64,000 bases of DNA from Octopus vulgaris (Eukaryota). Position numbers and translations under genes: made by a program. The notes under the pieces are model-generated. The model had not been told where the DNA came from, did not search any database, and saw only the letters and a list, made by a program, of their open reading frames with translations. Positions 15,300 through 28,178 of this stretch are shown piece after piece (the first letter of the stretch is position 1; the number at the start of each line of letters is the position of its first letter). The stretch lies in the NCBI GenBank assembly GCA_951406725.2, contig OX597821.1, forward strand, positions 28,210,001 through 28,274,000, given 5' to 3'.

Positions 15300-15570
15300 T
15301 GTGTGTGTGTGTTCTATATATATATATATGTATATATAATGTATGTGTGTGTGTGTTCTATATATAAATATGTATATATAATGTATGTGTGTGTGTGTGT
15401 TCTATATATAAATATGTATATATAATGTATGTGTGTGTGTGTTCTATATATAAATATGTATATATAATGTATGTGTGTGTGTGTGTGTGTGTTCTATATA
15501 TAAATATGTATATATAATGTATGTGTGTGTGTGTGTTCTATATATAAATATGTATATATAATGTATATAT
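15300..15570. repeat. ~40 bp minisatellite built from microsatellite pieces
   Basis: About six copies of (GT)nTCTATATATAAATATGTATATATAATGTAT. Confidence 0.85.
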
Positions 15571-15715
15571 ACAAAGTGTATATATCTGTATTTATGTATA
15601 TTAAACTTTTTCATACTTTTTCATAGTTATATATATTTTTAAACAAATTATAAATATAATTTCATAATTTTTATTTTCAATTTAAATAATTTAAAGTTTT
15701 CAATTTTATATTTTA

Positions 15716-16731
15716 CTAGCAGTATCGCCCGGCGTTGCTCGGGTTTGTAAGGCAAATAACTATATAAGCATTTTTAGTGAGTTATAGCAAAAAAAATAGC
15801 AAAAAATGCATTAAAGATGGAATAAAAAATGATAGTAATTTCTTTTTTAAATCGTTGACTCATCGTAGACATTTTTACAGAGTTACTTCCCTTATATAAT
15901 AACGAAAAATGCATTCAAATGGAATAAAAAGATGATGGTAATTTTTTTTTTAATCGTTGACTCATCGTAGACATTTTTAGAGAGTTACTTCCCTTATATA
16001 ATAGCGAAAAATGCATTAAAATGGAATAAAAAATTATGGTAATTTTTTTTTAAATCGTAGACTCATCGTAGACGCGCGCTAATACCCAGAAGGGCTCGAT
16101 ATGAATCACGACTATAAGATACCCGGTTTTGGTTACACTGTACCGCAAAATGTGGGTGTAGTTAGGAATCTAAATCGCAGGAGACAGACACACAACCTTA
16201 CTTTTATATATAAAGATTTGTGCAACAACTAAAACATTCGGTTGTGCAAATTGTTTGCACAGAAACCTGCCCTGTGTGGCGGTTTTTGCCGTTTTTGTGG
16301 ATCTGTTTCAGCTTTTTTAGCGATTTCTGTTTTGGCGACTTCAAGCCATGAAGTCGTTGTTCTAAAAGAACGCTGGTCTCCTTCACAACGCATTACGACG
16401 TTGATTTCCTTACACTCCCTTCCCCACAGCTTCACGAGGGAGGGAAGAAGGGGGAGAAGCAACACAGGTGCAGGCGTGAGGGTGGACGCCAACTCCGCCG
16501 CCATCGACACTCGAAAAAATATGCATTAAAATGGAATAAAAAATGATGTTAAATTATTTTTAAAATCGTACACTCATCGTAGACGCGCGCTAATACCCAG
16601 ACGGGCTCGATATGAATCACGACTATAAGATACCCGAATTTGGTTAAACTGCACCGCAAAATTTGGGAGTAGTTAGGAATCTAAATCGAAGGGGACAGAC
16701 ACTCACACAACTACAGTTTTATATATATAGA
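15716..16731 (-). mobile_element. Non-autonomous Helitron with two 5' ends and internal ~105 bp tandem repeats
   Basis: Minus strand: A|TCTATATATATAAAACTG at 16731, a second TCTTTATATATAAAAG at 16216, and 3' hairpin CCCGAGCAACGCCGGG plus CGATACTG-CTAG|T ending at 15716. Confidence 0.85.
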
Positions 16732-16873
16732 TATATTTTCTATGTTATATTTTCTTTTTTTATGTTTTTGTTTTTGGTTTTTCACTGTTTGATTTGCCTA
16801 TTAGTGGTTTTATCTCTAATTTAATTTATACAGATATATATCTCATTTGTATACATTTGTATATATAATGCGT

Positions 16874-16916
<43 letters not shown>

Positions 16917-17736
16917 CACATATATATATGTGTGCATTACGTAGTCGGTCGATTCACCTGAAAATATGCACACCTATGTTAAAGGTGCTGACAAGTTTGC
17001 ATCACAACTATTTTGTTCCTCAAATGAAAGGCGTCACCTCTAGGACAAAATTCCTCATCTTATAAAATGTGGCCCCAGTACACCCGAATGAAATCGGGTT
17101 ATATTAAACAAAATGTGAAAAGGGGTCTAAATGGGGCTGGAAGGGGATTAAAATTTCAAAGAGCGGGTGTTTAGGAATTCTCTGTTGCATCAAGCTAAAA
17201 AATTTGCGCCAGCCTTTTAATCGTCAATGTGTTGCCGTCCATGATAAAGAAGTTTTGAATGCTTGCCATGGTGAGTCTACTGTCGTGAGAAAGAATCACT
17301 TCAAAAATTGGTGTTTACGAATTTTCAAAAAGTTCAAAATTTTACGCCAGCCGTTAAACTGTCACTACGTTGCTGTCCGTCGTTAACAAATGCCAGCCAT
17401 GGTGACTCTACTATCCTCAGATTCTATCCCTTCAAACTTTGGTTTCCAATATTTTATTATTTTTATTCAGCTCGCAAGTTCGTCTGTCCCTTTTAAATGT
17501 TAGCGTTTTGCTGTCTGCCTTGAAGCAGACCTTATCATTGCCACTGCCTCATATTTCTGATTGATCTTTCTAAATATTTTATTTCTCAACTTACTCAAGA
17601 TCTTCTGTTGTTTATAAATGGGAGAGAGATAGATAAAGATAGAGAGTAAGAGAAAGCGAGGGAGAGTCAGAGAGAAAAGAAAAGTAAGAGAGTGGGAAAG
17701 TGAGAGAGAAAGGAGAGAGAAACAAATACGGAGAAT

Positions 17737-18046
17737 CATCATCATCATCATCATCGTTTAACGTCCGTTTTCCGTGCTAGCACGGGTTGGGCAGTGTGAC
17801 CGGGGTCTCGGAAGCCAGGAGGCTGCACCAGGCTCCAGTCTGATCTGGCAGTGTTTCTACAGGTGGATGACCTTCCTAACGCCAACCACACTGTGAGTGT
17901 AGTGAGTGCTTTTTTCGTGCCGCCGGCACTGGTGCCAGGGGGCTCGCAGTGGCAACGATCGGTTGGTGCTTTTTACGTGCCACCAGCACAGAAGCAAGTC
18001 AAGGCGGTGCTGCAATCGGCCACGTTCGGATGGTGCTTTTTACGTG
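17737..18046 (-). mobile_element. SINE/LINE 3' end with (ATG)n tail and internal short repeats
   Basis: (CAT)n followed by CGTTTAACGTCCGTTTTCCGTGCTAGCACGGGTTGG..., with three copies of GTGCTTTTT(A/T)CGTGC. An RTE-type tail is inferred. Confidence 0.65.
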
Positions 18047-18169
18047 CTGAAAGGAAGCAACAGAAAGTAACACCCACACTCTTACCCGCGCGTAGAGCGG
18101 GTCACCTTCAGCTAGTATATATATATATAGATAGATATAGATATTCATATATACATAGATATGTGTGTT

Positions 18170-18212
<43 letters not shown>

Positions 18213-20344
18213 TTCTGTCTGTCTGAATATATTTAGACATGTATATATATACAGGTACGTGTATGTGCATGTATTCCCATCTGTTTATTTACATATTAAA
18301 TGGAGACACTTAGATGTACTCAACGTAATTTCACCTGTATTCAATAGCAATAAATACATGCTCTGCCCCCAGTACACATATACACAAGTGTTTTATAATC
18401 CTTGCTTGTAATTTGTATATCAAATTTTTTTCTTGTTCTACTTGGTTTTCTTGGCTAACATTTACTCTGACATCACTTACCACTTGTCGTGTTTGGTTTG
18501 CAATTCATTCGACACCCAGCTTCCAGCTGAATGCCAGAGCGGAAGGAACCGGTAAGAGAACGGCCTTTCATTGAACAATAAAGAACATTTTCTCCACAGC
18601 TGTATAAATACTTTCTGATAGATATTCATTCAACACAAAAGAGCTGTTTGTCTGGAAGTGAAACTCACTCTGAGTGAGTTGAGCTGTTGAGTGCTGTGTA
18701 AGCTTGTTTCTCGTCGATGATGTTTTCAAACTTTAATTCACTCATGCATTTAGACATTCATATATTCATTCGTTTGTTTATTCAGTCGTTCGTTTATTCG
18801 TTTATTCAATGATTTAAGCATTTCTTAATAAGTATTTAATGGAAAAATTCTTGCTTTTTCTCTGAATGTTCTCTTTACCAGTCTGCAATTGTGTAACTTT
18901 TGTTTGTTTGTGGCTTGCTTAGGGATGTATGTGTATCACTTAAGCACAATCATTTAAGTGCTGCACTCTCTTCCTTTCTCTTTCTTTGTCACTTTCTCTC
19001 TGTCTCGCTTTGTCCTCTCGCTCTCAATCTCTGTCCTCTCTCTCGCTCTATCTCTCTCTCTCTCTCTCTGACCTCTCGCTCTCAATCTCTCTGTCTCCTC
19101 TCTCTCTCTCTCTCACTCTCTTTCCCTACCATTATATACGCTTTTGTGTGAGAACATGTGGTGCGGATGTTTATTGCAAGACTACAACCCCTTTCTTCAC
19201 TTCTGTATTTGCATATAACGTAAAAAACAAATTTAAGATTTAAGAACACTTAGAGTCAGTCGCTAGTGTAACATACATCTACCTTAACAACAGAATACCT
19301 GACAATCTGAAATAGAATGCAAATCGAATACGATAAACTCGCCATTTTCTTTTAATCTAGAACTTACATTAGATTACATTACATAGAGAAACTATTTTAA
19401 AATGTATTTAACATGGAATTGTTGCGTTGACGCTAAATGCTTCTACATAGCCAAGTAACTCACAGGATAGAACACAACACGTATTGATAAAGTAATTTTA
19501 GAACCTTGAATTAAGATTGATTGAAAACCTCAGAACCTGAAAGTTTTACAACACATGATGACACAGAATACGAAATATAACTTGAGAATTAATAAAAGCA
19601 TTTCCAGGGGAAAACATGTTAGCATGACAGTGTGGTAGTGTACACTGATTATAAACTATATCTGAATTACGAACTGCCTAGACAGAAAAGCAGATTCATT
19701 GGATGGTGTATGAGAAAATAACAATGACGTTATAATTTGCAGCATGCCAAAGTTATATAAACGGGAATATGAAGGAGAATATATACATGTTATGGCCAAT
19801 GGCAATCAGTAAAACAAATTTGACGTAATCGGGGTGTCAGTTCAAGAGAATGAAAATATACAGGTGAACAAAATATAAAACTTTCTATATAGAAAGCTTG
19901 TAAAACAATGCTAATCGCAATGATGGGACTAGACACAGACACACTACCCATGATTATATGCTAGTATTATTATAAAAAAGTTTTAGCAAACTACATAAAC
20001 AGAACCTTATGAGATTGTAACAGGAGGTGAGATTCCCGCACTGGATGGGTGCTGCTCGCATCCTTTACATTAAATATTAATTGAAGAAAGAGTCAAATTT
20101 TGCGTTAACTTCAACAGTATACATATTTATTCTTTGATTCGCAATATAAACATTTCCTTCCTTTGGGCGAATCGGCAACCTAGGAGCTTATCGGCTGTAG
20201 TCTAGTAAAGTGAGTTAATCCTGCCCATTCAAGCACATCGGGGATGCGCCACGATGTAGCAGCTCGAGAGAGCTGCTGGATACACGTCTGTATCGTTCAG
20301 CTCCTAGCGTCAAAAAAGTGAATTTCGCTGCTGCTAGTTTTCTA

Positions 20345-20430
20345 CGCATGCGCATGAGGGAACTTCCGACAGGCCTTCCGGTAGATTCCAACACTGCGTA
20401 TGCGTGCTGGAGATTTTTCAAGATGGCGTC
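20345..20430 (+). promoter_or_regulatory. Housekeeping-promoter-like motif cluster (NRF1, ETS/GABP, YY1)
   Basis: CGCATGCGCATG 20345-20356, ACTTCCG 20362-20368, CCTTCCGG 20374-20381, TGCGTATGCGTG 20395-20406 and CAAGATGGCG 20419-20428, inside a locally CpG-rich patch. Confidence 0.5.
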
Positions 20431-20469
20431 ACTACAAATTTTAGAACAAGTCGACACAAAATATTACTA

Positions 20470-20952
20470 CTAGTCAGTGCAAATATAATGCATGTTATAC
20501 TTTCTCTTCAACTGAAACATAATAATGACTAATCCAAACAAATTACAGTTTGTAGCTAAATCCACATTGCTGCACTTCTGCCATTTTAGAAGGCAATAAT
20601 GTTAAAAATACTGAAAATGAAACCACGAATGTCAACTCAAAATCAACAAAACGTGGATAATTACAGTAATTAATAATAATTGAAACATACAAATAAAACA
20701 TAACTTGCTGGCCACAGATACAGTTAAAATATAGTGAATCAATGTAGCACACAGTATACATAAGTACTCTCAACAGTAAAAATCACACAGTAAATTCTCT
20801 ACTCAATTCTACCATCCTATAATATATATAATTCGCTAAGTAAAGCATGTGTAAAATTTGAATGAAATTGGTTTTGTAGTTCTCATGTTTTAGGGAAACA
20901 CACAGACAGTCAGACAGACAGACACACATTCTCAGTTTTATATATATATGGA
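20470..20952 (-). mobile_element. Non-autonomous Helitron-like element
   Basis: 5' A|TCCATATATATATAAAACTGAGAATGTGTGTCTG resembles the other Helitron heads. It ends in CTAG|T at 20470, but no 3' hairpin is evident. Confidence 0.6.
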
Positions 20953-21448
20953 TAGATGACACGAAGATGATGGGGAGTCAAATACCCACATAGTTAACAA
21001 CTAACTAAACCTTGCACCCCATACTTCCAAGACTGAACTATTGCATTACATGTGTATGAGCAGATGAGTATCACACCAGCTCGGATTGTTTGCCAGCCTT
21101 ATATTCAAATCATTCTTGAAATTTATACATACAAATGCGGTACGTTTTATTTGAAGCTTGTCAGATTACCTACTGTTTCTTAATTTGAAGGAAATTCCCT
21201 GTACACATAGCGATGTGAACACAGGTGAATGCTTTTAGTCCGCATGCTCTAATAAGGTGGTCAAGAAGAATAGCTCTCTTGCTCATGGCGCTACTCTGTT
21301 TTACTGATCTTCGATACGCTGATTATTACAAGACTTATTTTCGTGTTTCTAGCAATTATCGAATAAATCAACATTATATTAATGTGTATTTTGGATCTTT
21401 TCGGTTTGAACGGCAGTTTTTAACATAATTTCTAGCTAACTAAGAAAA

Positions 21449-21615
21449 TTATATCGACCCCAGTGCGTAACTGGTACTTAATTTTTATCGATCTTTTTCT
21501 CTTGAAAGGATGAAAATTCAAAGTCGACCTCAAGATATTTGAACTCAGAACGTAACGGCAGACGAAATACGCCTACACATTTCGTGTTGCTAACGATTCT
21601 GCCAGCTCGCCGCCG
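21449..21615 (-). mobile_element. tRNA-derived SINE family B
   Basis: Matches 28179-28350 (TATATCGACCCCAGTGCGTAACTGGTACTT...TTTGAACTCAGAACG...CTGCCAGCTCGCCGCC). Confidence 0.8.
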
Positions 21616-21969
21616 TAACTAGCAATAATCGAATAAATCAACATTGTATTAGTGTTTAATTACATTTGTGAAGTAAAATAAATACCCTTCCACCCACCCT
21701 TAACCCTAACCCTAAAAGAGTTTAAAATGCAATTGATCGATTCTAGGGTCATAATCTCAATGGGTGACAATTTCATATGTATTTAGCTATGTCGAGGAAA
21801 TAGTTTGTAATTTATTTCGTTGGAAATGCCAAATACCCACATAGTTAAGAACTAACTAAAACGGTGTTTTGCTTCGTATCTTATTTAATTGTAATTTAGC
21901 CTTTTTCTTGTAGTCGCACATTCTTAACAAATGTCCGGAATGAAACACATAGTGTTTGTTCGTTCTCGA

Positions 21970-22229
21970 CCCATGCATGGCTCATAAGGGCCGGTTTCCC
22001 GGTTTCTTGGCGTCGGTCCATCGCAGGTGAGCTGCAAGATGCAGGAATAAAGAGTGAGAGAAAGTTGTGGCGAAAAATTCAGCAGACGTATCGCCATTAC
22101 TTTCTACCGGGGCCGCATGGAGCTTAGGTGTTTCGCTCATAAACACACACATCGTCCGGTCTGAGATTCGAACCCGCGATCCCTCGACCGCAAGTCCGCT
22201 GCTCTAACCACTAGGCCATGCGCCTCCAC
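21970..22229 (-). mobile_element. tRNA-derived SINE family C
   Basis: Minus strand GTGGAGGCGCATGGCCTAGTGGTTAGAGCAGCGGAC...GCGGGTTCGAATCTC has a clear A box and B box followed by a non-tRNA body. Confidence 0.8.
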
Positions 22230-22518
22230 TAACACATATTAGACATATGAATGTGCGTGTGTATGTGTGTGTGTGTGCATATATATATTTGTATAGTGTG
22301 TGCATATGTATGTATATATATATATATATATATATATGTTGATATGTGTATGTATGTGTATATATGTGTATATATGTGTATGCGTGTATATGTGTATATA
22401 TATATGTATATGTACATATGTATATTTGTGCATGTGTTTGTATATGGATATATATATGTTTGTGTATGGGCATATATGTATATGCATGTATGTGTGTACA
22501 CACACACATATATATATG

Positions 22519-22591
<73 letters not shown>

Positions 22592-22684
22592 AAGTAGTTT
22601 CATTTGATTTACTAAATAAACTTAATAACCAAATTGATAATTATTATAGTATTGTATACTTTACAAATAGTATTCTAATTACAA

Positions 22685-23332
22685 CAGCGGGGATTGTGAT
22701 TCGGTGATTTTGTTTGTCGTCACTGAAAGCATGCAGAACTCATGATCCATACTTCTGAACCTTTCCCATCGAGTGAAGATGTTTCTCTATAGCGGCGTAG
22801 GACCATTCCATTTTTTCTGACAGTTCCCTTGTCGTTTGACGAGTTTTTTCGTGGAAACGTTGGTTTAATCGCTCTTCATCAACTGGACGACCAGAACGAG
22901 GTGCGTTTTTGAGGCCAAATTTTTCATTTTTGAACTTGGCATACTAATCATAAGCTTTCTTTCAGGCATGGCCTTCTCTCCATACACAGCACAAATGTCG
23001 CGAGCAACTTTTGCGGCCTTAGGTCCTTGATTAAAAGCAAAAAGAAGGATGTGTCACAAATGTTCGCTTTTCGTAACTTCACATTCCATTTAAATGATCT
23101 GAATATGAACAGAAAATTACTAACATTAATTAGAAAAAAAAGATTCCAAAATGATTCAAAAATAGAATTCTCGAAGAAATAGATTCCAAAATTTAAAAAC
23201 GCAATATATTCCAAAATTAAAAACGCAATAAATTCCAAAAGTTAAAAATGCAATAAATTCCAAAATTTAAAAAACGCAATAAATTCCAAAATTAAAAAAA
23301 AAAACGAAGGGAACTTAGTTGCCAACACAATA
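22685..23332 (-). mobile_element. Mariner transposon remnant (one TIR plus transposase HTH region)
   Basis: TIR-like TATTGTGTTGGCAACTAAGTTCCC at 23332 reading leftwards. Translation HILLFAFNQGPKAAKVARDICAVYGEKAMPER continues with frameshifts toward the WVPH linker. ~25 bp tandem repeats lie at 23180-23300. Confidence 0.85.
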
Positions 23333-23399
23333 ATTCATTGTAATACTTCATTTTTTCTTGAACAACAAAAGATATCGGAATATAGTCATAAACTAGTAA

Positions 23400-23595
23400 T
23401 GTTTCAAAATTTGGCACAAAGTCAGCAGGTTTGGTCAAAGGGTTAACTTGATTGAATCAACTCCAGTATTTAACTCGTACTTATTTCTAACGAGTGACAA
23501 AGCTGATCTCGACGGAATTTGAACCCAGAATGTAAAAGACCGACGAAATGTTTCTTAGCATTCGCCCGGCGCGGTAACGATTCTTTCTACCAGCC
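23400..23595 (-). mobile_element. Degenerate SINE family B copy
   Basis: CGACGGAATTTGAACCCAGAATG...GCATTCGCCCGGCGCGGTAACGATTCT resembles 28260-28340. Confidence 0.6.
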
Positions 23596-26500
23596 ATTTG
23601 TACTATCGCATTATAACGAGTTTTTCTTTTCATCAACATGGCGTGGTGAAAATTTCATTTCACTTAAATTTACAAAGATTCGTTGTCACTGCATAAACCT
23701 ACATGAACAATGTATTTTTGTGTATGTTAAAGAATTTAATTATGCATGTGTTTTTAGGTCTTATTGACAATTAAAAAATAAATTATACATTCCAATTTTA
23801 TCTAAACAATTTAATTATGTTATAACTAGTTGCAATATTATAAATTTAGATAGATGAGACTGAAGAAAAGATAGTGAAAGATCAATTAACGAACGCTGAA
23901 ATATTTTCGAATTTTTTGTGTTCAATGCACTACAAAATATATGGCAGGACAAATTGAATTACTCTCACCATAGCACATTATCACACTCTTGTAATTTCAA
24001 ATCCTTTTGCCTGAGCAAAATCAATTAGAAGCAGAGAATTTGTGTCAGGTCGGTTGAATATTTTATTAAAAATATGCTTAGACTATCAGCGCAAATAATT
24101 TCAAATCAACCAAGTAGATACGTATGCATGCATTCATACACACACTCATACATACATACATACATGCATACATACATACATACATACATACATACATACA
24201 TACATACATACACGCATGCATACATGCGTACATACATACACGTGTGCATGCACGCACGCATACATCCATACATTCCTACATAGGCAGACATGCAGACAGG
24301 CAGACAAACAGACTGACTGACAGACAGACAGATAGGTTGGTAGATAGATAAATAGATTGATAGCTAGATACATAGATAAACAGCTAGATTAGCGTTTTTA
24401 TATTTTGTGCATGCAAAAGAAAATATATAAACAGCCAAATGTAAATTAGGCACAAATTATTTCTTTATGTTGCATCATGTTTAATGTGATGTTTCTTCAT
24501 TTGAAAATATTTAAATTTCATTCAGCGTCACGTCTTGTTTAAATTAATTCAGTCAAACCTCTCCAGTTCTATTGTCGTTGATGTTGATGATGGAAGAAAA
24601 TGCATGAATATTGAGATTGGGAACGATTAGATGTCTTCTCCAAAAATTGCACCAGTTAATTTTTAGATTCAGATTATGGAATTGCATCACTTGAATTTCC
24701 AGTAAATCTATGGGGTTTACTCACTGCATCGTTAGTTACATTCGGACTAAATTTAATGTTATAAATGCGATGACACGTGCAGAAATATTGAACTATACGT
24801 TTATGCCAGATACATTATAGTAATTCGTTTGACTTTTGGTGAATAGAGATATAATAGAGATGGTAAACAGAGAAAAAACAAGTTTAATGAAATTTGAATA
24901 AATGTCATTCTCAAATGGATTAGCAATGTAAATTACATGTTACAATTATCAAGTCGAGACGAAAATAGAAAATGTTCTTTGTTTGAAAAGCTAATTTACA
25001 TCGTAGGAATTCCCAACATTTTCTGCATTTCAAAGGTATAGAGAAGTAGTGACGAGAGGGATATGGCGCATGTAGTACGATAGTGGTTAGCAAAAGTATC
25101 GAAATAATTTTCCAATATAATCTTACTCTAATTCAGTTTCTTGCCACCTATACAACAGAATAACATTTCTGTTTATACAACCTTGCACTCATTCGTTTTT
25201 TTGTTATTGCAAAATGAATATATCAGGCCTGTTATGTTTACACTTGACAGATATTTTGATGACAATCTTCCACCAGATTTTCTGTTGTTGGACTACAAAT
25301 GCACAGCTCTCGAAGTGTAGTGTGATGTGGAAGTCACGAGTCCAAGATAGGCTGCGCTTCAGTCGATATCACTATTCTTCAAGACTTCGTGTAACATATC
25401 CAAGCATAGTCTACTTTTTTTTCTTTGCAGTATAGCTTCACACTCTTTAAGGTTTGAATTCAGTCCTGCGAAGGTCAATCTTACCTTTCATCATTTCAAG
25501 TCGGTAAAGTATCAGTCAGATAGAATCACTATTATTAATTAACTACATTTTCAAATTCCCAATATTGTTTGTATGCTAGATAATTATATTTTAACATATT
25601 CTTGACATATTTAAATACTGTATGTCTGTAAAAAATGATTTCTAGGAACTAATACTGCAGTAAACTTGGTTTCAATAATTTAAGTATTATACGCAGAATA
25701 TTATTTCAATTTAATACTGCTTAAACCGCACGTAATGAACCAAATGTTTCGCTAAAAATTAAATGATTACATAATTTTAATATAATAATTATTCCAAAGG
25801 TATTATATGTTATTTAACTGTTATCATTATTTTCTTTTACAAATCATTTACTGCTAATAAGAAGATAGCAACAAGTAGAAATAAATTTAATTTATGTAAA
25901 ATAAATCACTGTATGACCTATTAGATGGCTTGCTAGACAAAAACTATCAAGATTGCTTCGAAATCAATACTCACCCCAGTATGATTTGAATATAGATTGT
26001 GTATGTTACACAGGAAATATTTAAATTTCTATCGTCTTGTTTCCACTTTCTGCCATTTCTTTCACTTGCCCTAACTTATAAATCAATTAACCTAAGGCTG
26101 TTAAAAACAAACACATTTACAAATAAAATTAGTATTTTGTATTGATAAAATGATATGTAAAGCATAAATAATGAACTAAAACAAACGAACCAGAAAGTTC
26201 TGTATAGAGAAATCTTACGAAAACAAAAAGGAAATATGGTATCAAAAATAAGATACAAAATAAAGTATGAATTCAGTTTTCTATAAAGAGTCGTGATGTT
26301 TATTTATATCTGAAATATTTATCGAAATTGCTACACATATAATTGATCGAAAATTAAATAATCATTCTTGATTTGTAAGAAGATTGACATGGTATCTGTT
26401 ATTCACACAAGGTTTTCATCAAAATATATATCAAAATCTATCTGTAGACAATATATGCACATTGAAAATGTGACAGATTAATGCGGGTCTTGCATATGCA

Positions 26501-26993
26501 TATGTTAAATAAAATGAGACAACAAAGCCAAAACTGTGGGGAATTCATATGACATTTATAAAGAGAAAGATGTTTCTGGCATATTAGGGATATTCCTTCA
26601 TTAGGAAAATCTATTTGCCAACCTGAAATTGACGATCTTAGCCCCAGGAAAACATCTTTTTCAGCTAGATACCGATGCATAACTGCATCACTATGCCTCG
26701 AACAAGGGAGCTAGTGTCCCCATTCAGCCTTAGACGATACTTGCGGGCCATGGTTTCTGGGTCATCTTAATTAGGACGGCCACTTTAAGGAAATAGATTT
26801 AATCTGTCTTACTGTTACTACTTACGTCTCGCTCAAAAATTAAAACAAATTGTTTTCCTCTTTACGAGATCAGTAACTGTATGTCACTTTAAAATATATG
26901 CCCCCAACAATGCCTATTGCTGCCATCTCTATGTGCCGATGAAGTAAAAATAACACAGAAACATTGTTCCGCAGGTACTGTTTAAGGCTGGGT

Positions 26994-27071
26994 GGGGACA
27001 TATGGCGTAGTGGTTAAGAGCGCAAGCTACTAACCCCCAAGATTCCGTGTTCGATTTCAAGCAGAGACCTG

Positions 27072-27161
<90 letters not shown>

Positions 27162-27370
27162 AAGAAGAAGAAGAACAACAACAACAACAACAACAACATC
27201 ATCAACAACAACTACAGCAACATCATCGAAAACTACCTTAGGAATGAGAACACAGGTTCGAAATTTCCCCAAGATACCTAATGAAATCTGGAGGGTATAT
27301 CAGCCGAAACGTTGTGTTAACCAGAAAGAAGACGAAGACAAATATCCGCCAAATGTAAATAATGCAAATA
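26994..27370 (+). mobile_element. tRNA-headed SINE with compound microsatellite and HHR-derived tail (core degenerate in this copy)
   Basis: A box TGGCGTAGTGG 27003-27013, B box GTGTTCGATTT 27047-27057, then (AAT)n(AAG)n(AAC)n. Segment 27270-27365 is homologous to the HHR at 35563-35660. Confidence 0.75.
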
Positions 27371-28178
27371 ACGTATTAGCCCCCTTGTTCGAGGTATAAA
27401 GACGCAGTTGTGCGTCGGTAGCCAACCGGAAAAGATGTTTTCCTGGGTTAAAAAAAGTTACTAACATCGTTCTAGTGAGGAATGGCACTTTACGTTGGCA
27501 AATAGATTTTTATTTTGTTGTACTGTTACTATTTATCTATCGCTTACACTGCACTTCACTGACCCTGCCTTTCTTTTGTCCCGCCACACCTTGGCACTGC
27601 TCTCTTTCTTCTCCCTCTCCCTGATTCCTTCTTTCTCTCTCTTCTCGCCTTCCTTAATACCTTTGTCCCTCTCATTCCCTCTCTTCTCCCTCTCTTTAAT
27701 TCCTTTCCCCCTTTTTTTCTCTCTGTTCTCTTCTCACGTAACCGCCGGTCAACTATAGCCTTTCGGCTTCTGACCAGCGCCATAACAACACCGTTATTTT
27801 CATCTGCCGTAAGGCATTATTTTTCAAATACGCCAGCTAAGTTGAACTGTCTAAAGTCGAAACACGACCGTTGTTTTTGTCCTGTTATTATTATTATTAT
27901 TGTTTTTTGTATTTATATTCATGTAACGTAGTCCGTTTTTCTGTCCCTGTTTCGTATACATTCGATCCTTTTTCCAAGAAATCTAATGCTCGTAGCTTAG
28001 TTTTTCCTTGGGGCTGGCCAGATCGGAGCAATCTCAAGATTAATCAACCGAAATTGCGAGGATGATCCGGTTCTTGACTGAAGATTAGAGGCTTCGAATG
28101 ACCCGTCCGTTTTTTGTATCGTCTATTTAATGTTTTGTGTTTTTGTCTAATTTTGTATTTTTTTATATAGAACAGACG

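Larger units (their letters stand above)
14879..18115 (+). mobile_element. Putative non-autonomous Helitron (outer element with nested inserts)
   Basis: 5' A|TCTCTATATATAAAACTG. 3' hairpin ACCCGC-gcgtaga-GCGGGT (18084-18102) followed by CTAG|T (18112-18116). Pairing of these two ends is inferred. Confidence 0.6.

Noticed and set aside
15300-15570. Regularly spaced repeats resembling a CRISPR array (also 23180-23300 and 48556-48947)
   Set aside because: There are no unique spacers and no cas genes. These are eukaryotic minisatellites or duplications.
21695-21716. Interstitial telomere (CCCTAA)
   Set aside because: Only two to three units, and such motifs are common inside transposons.
22155-22229. 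Possible functional tRNA gene
   Set aside because: The acceptor stem does not pair and the sequence continues into a SINE body.
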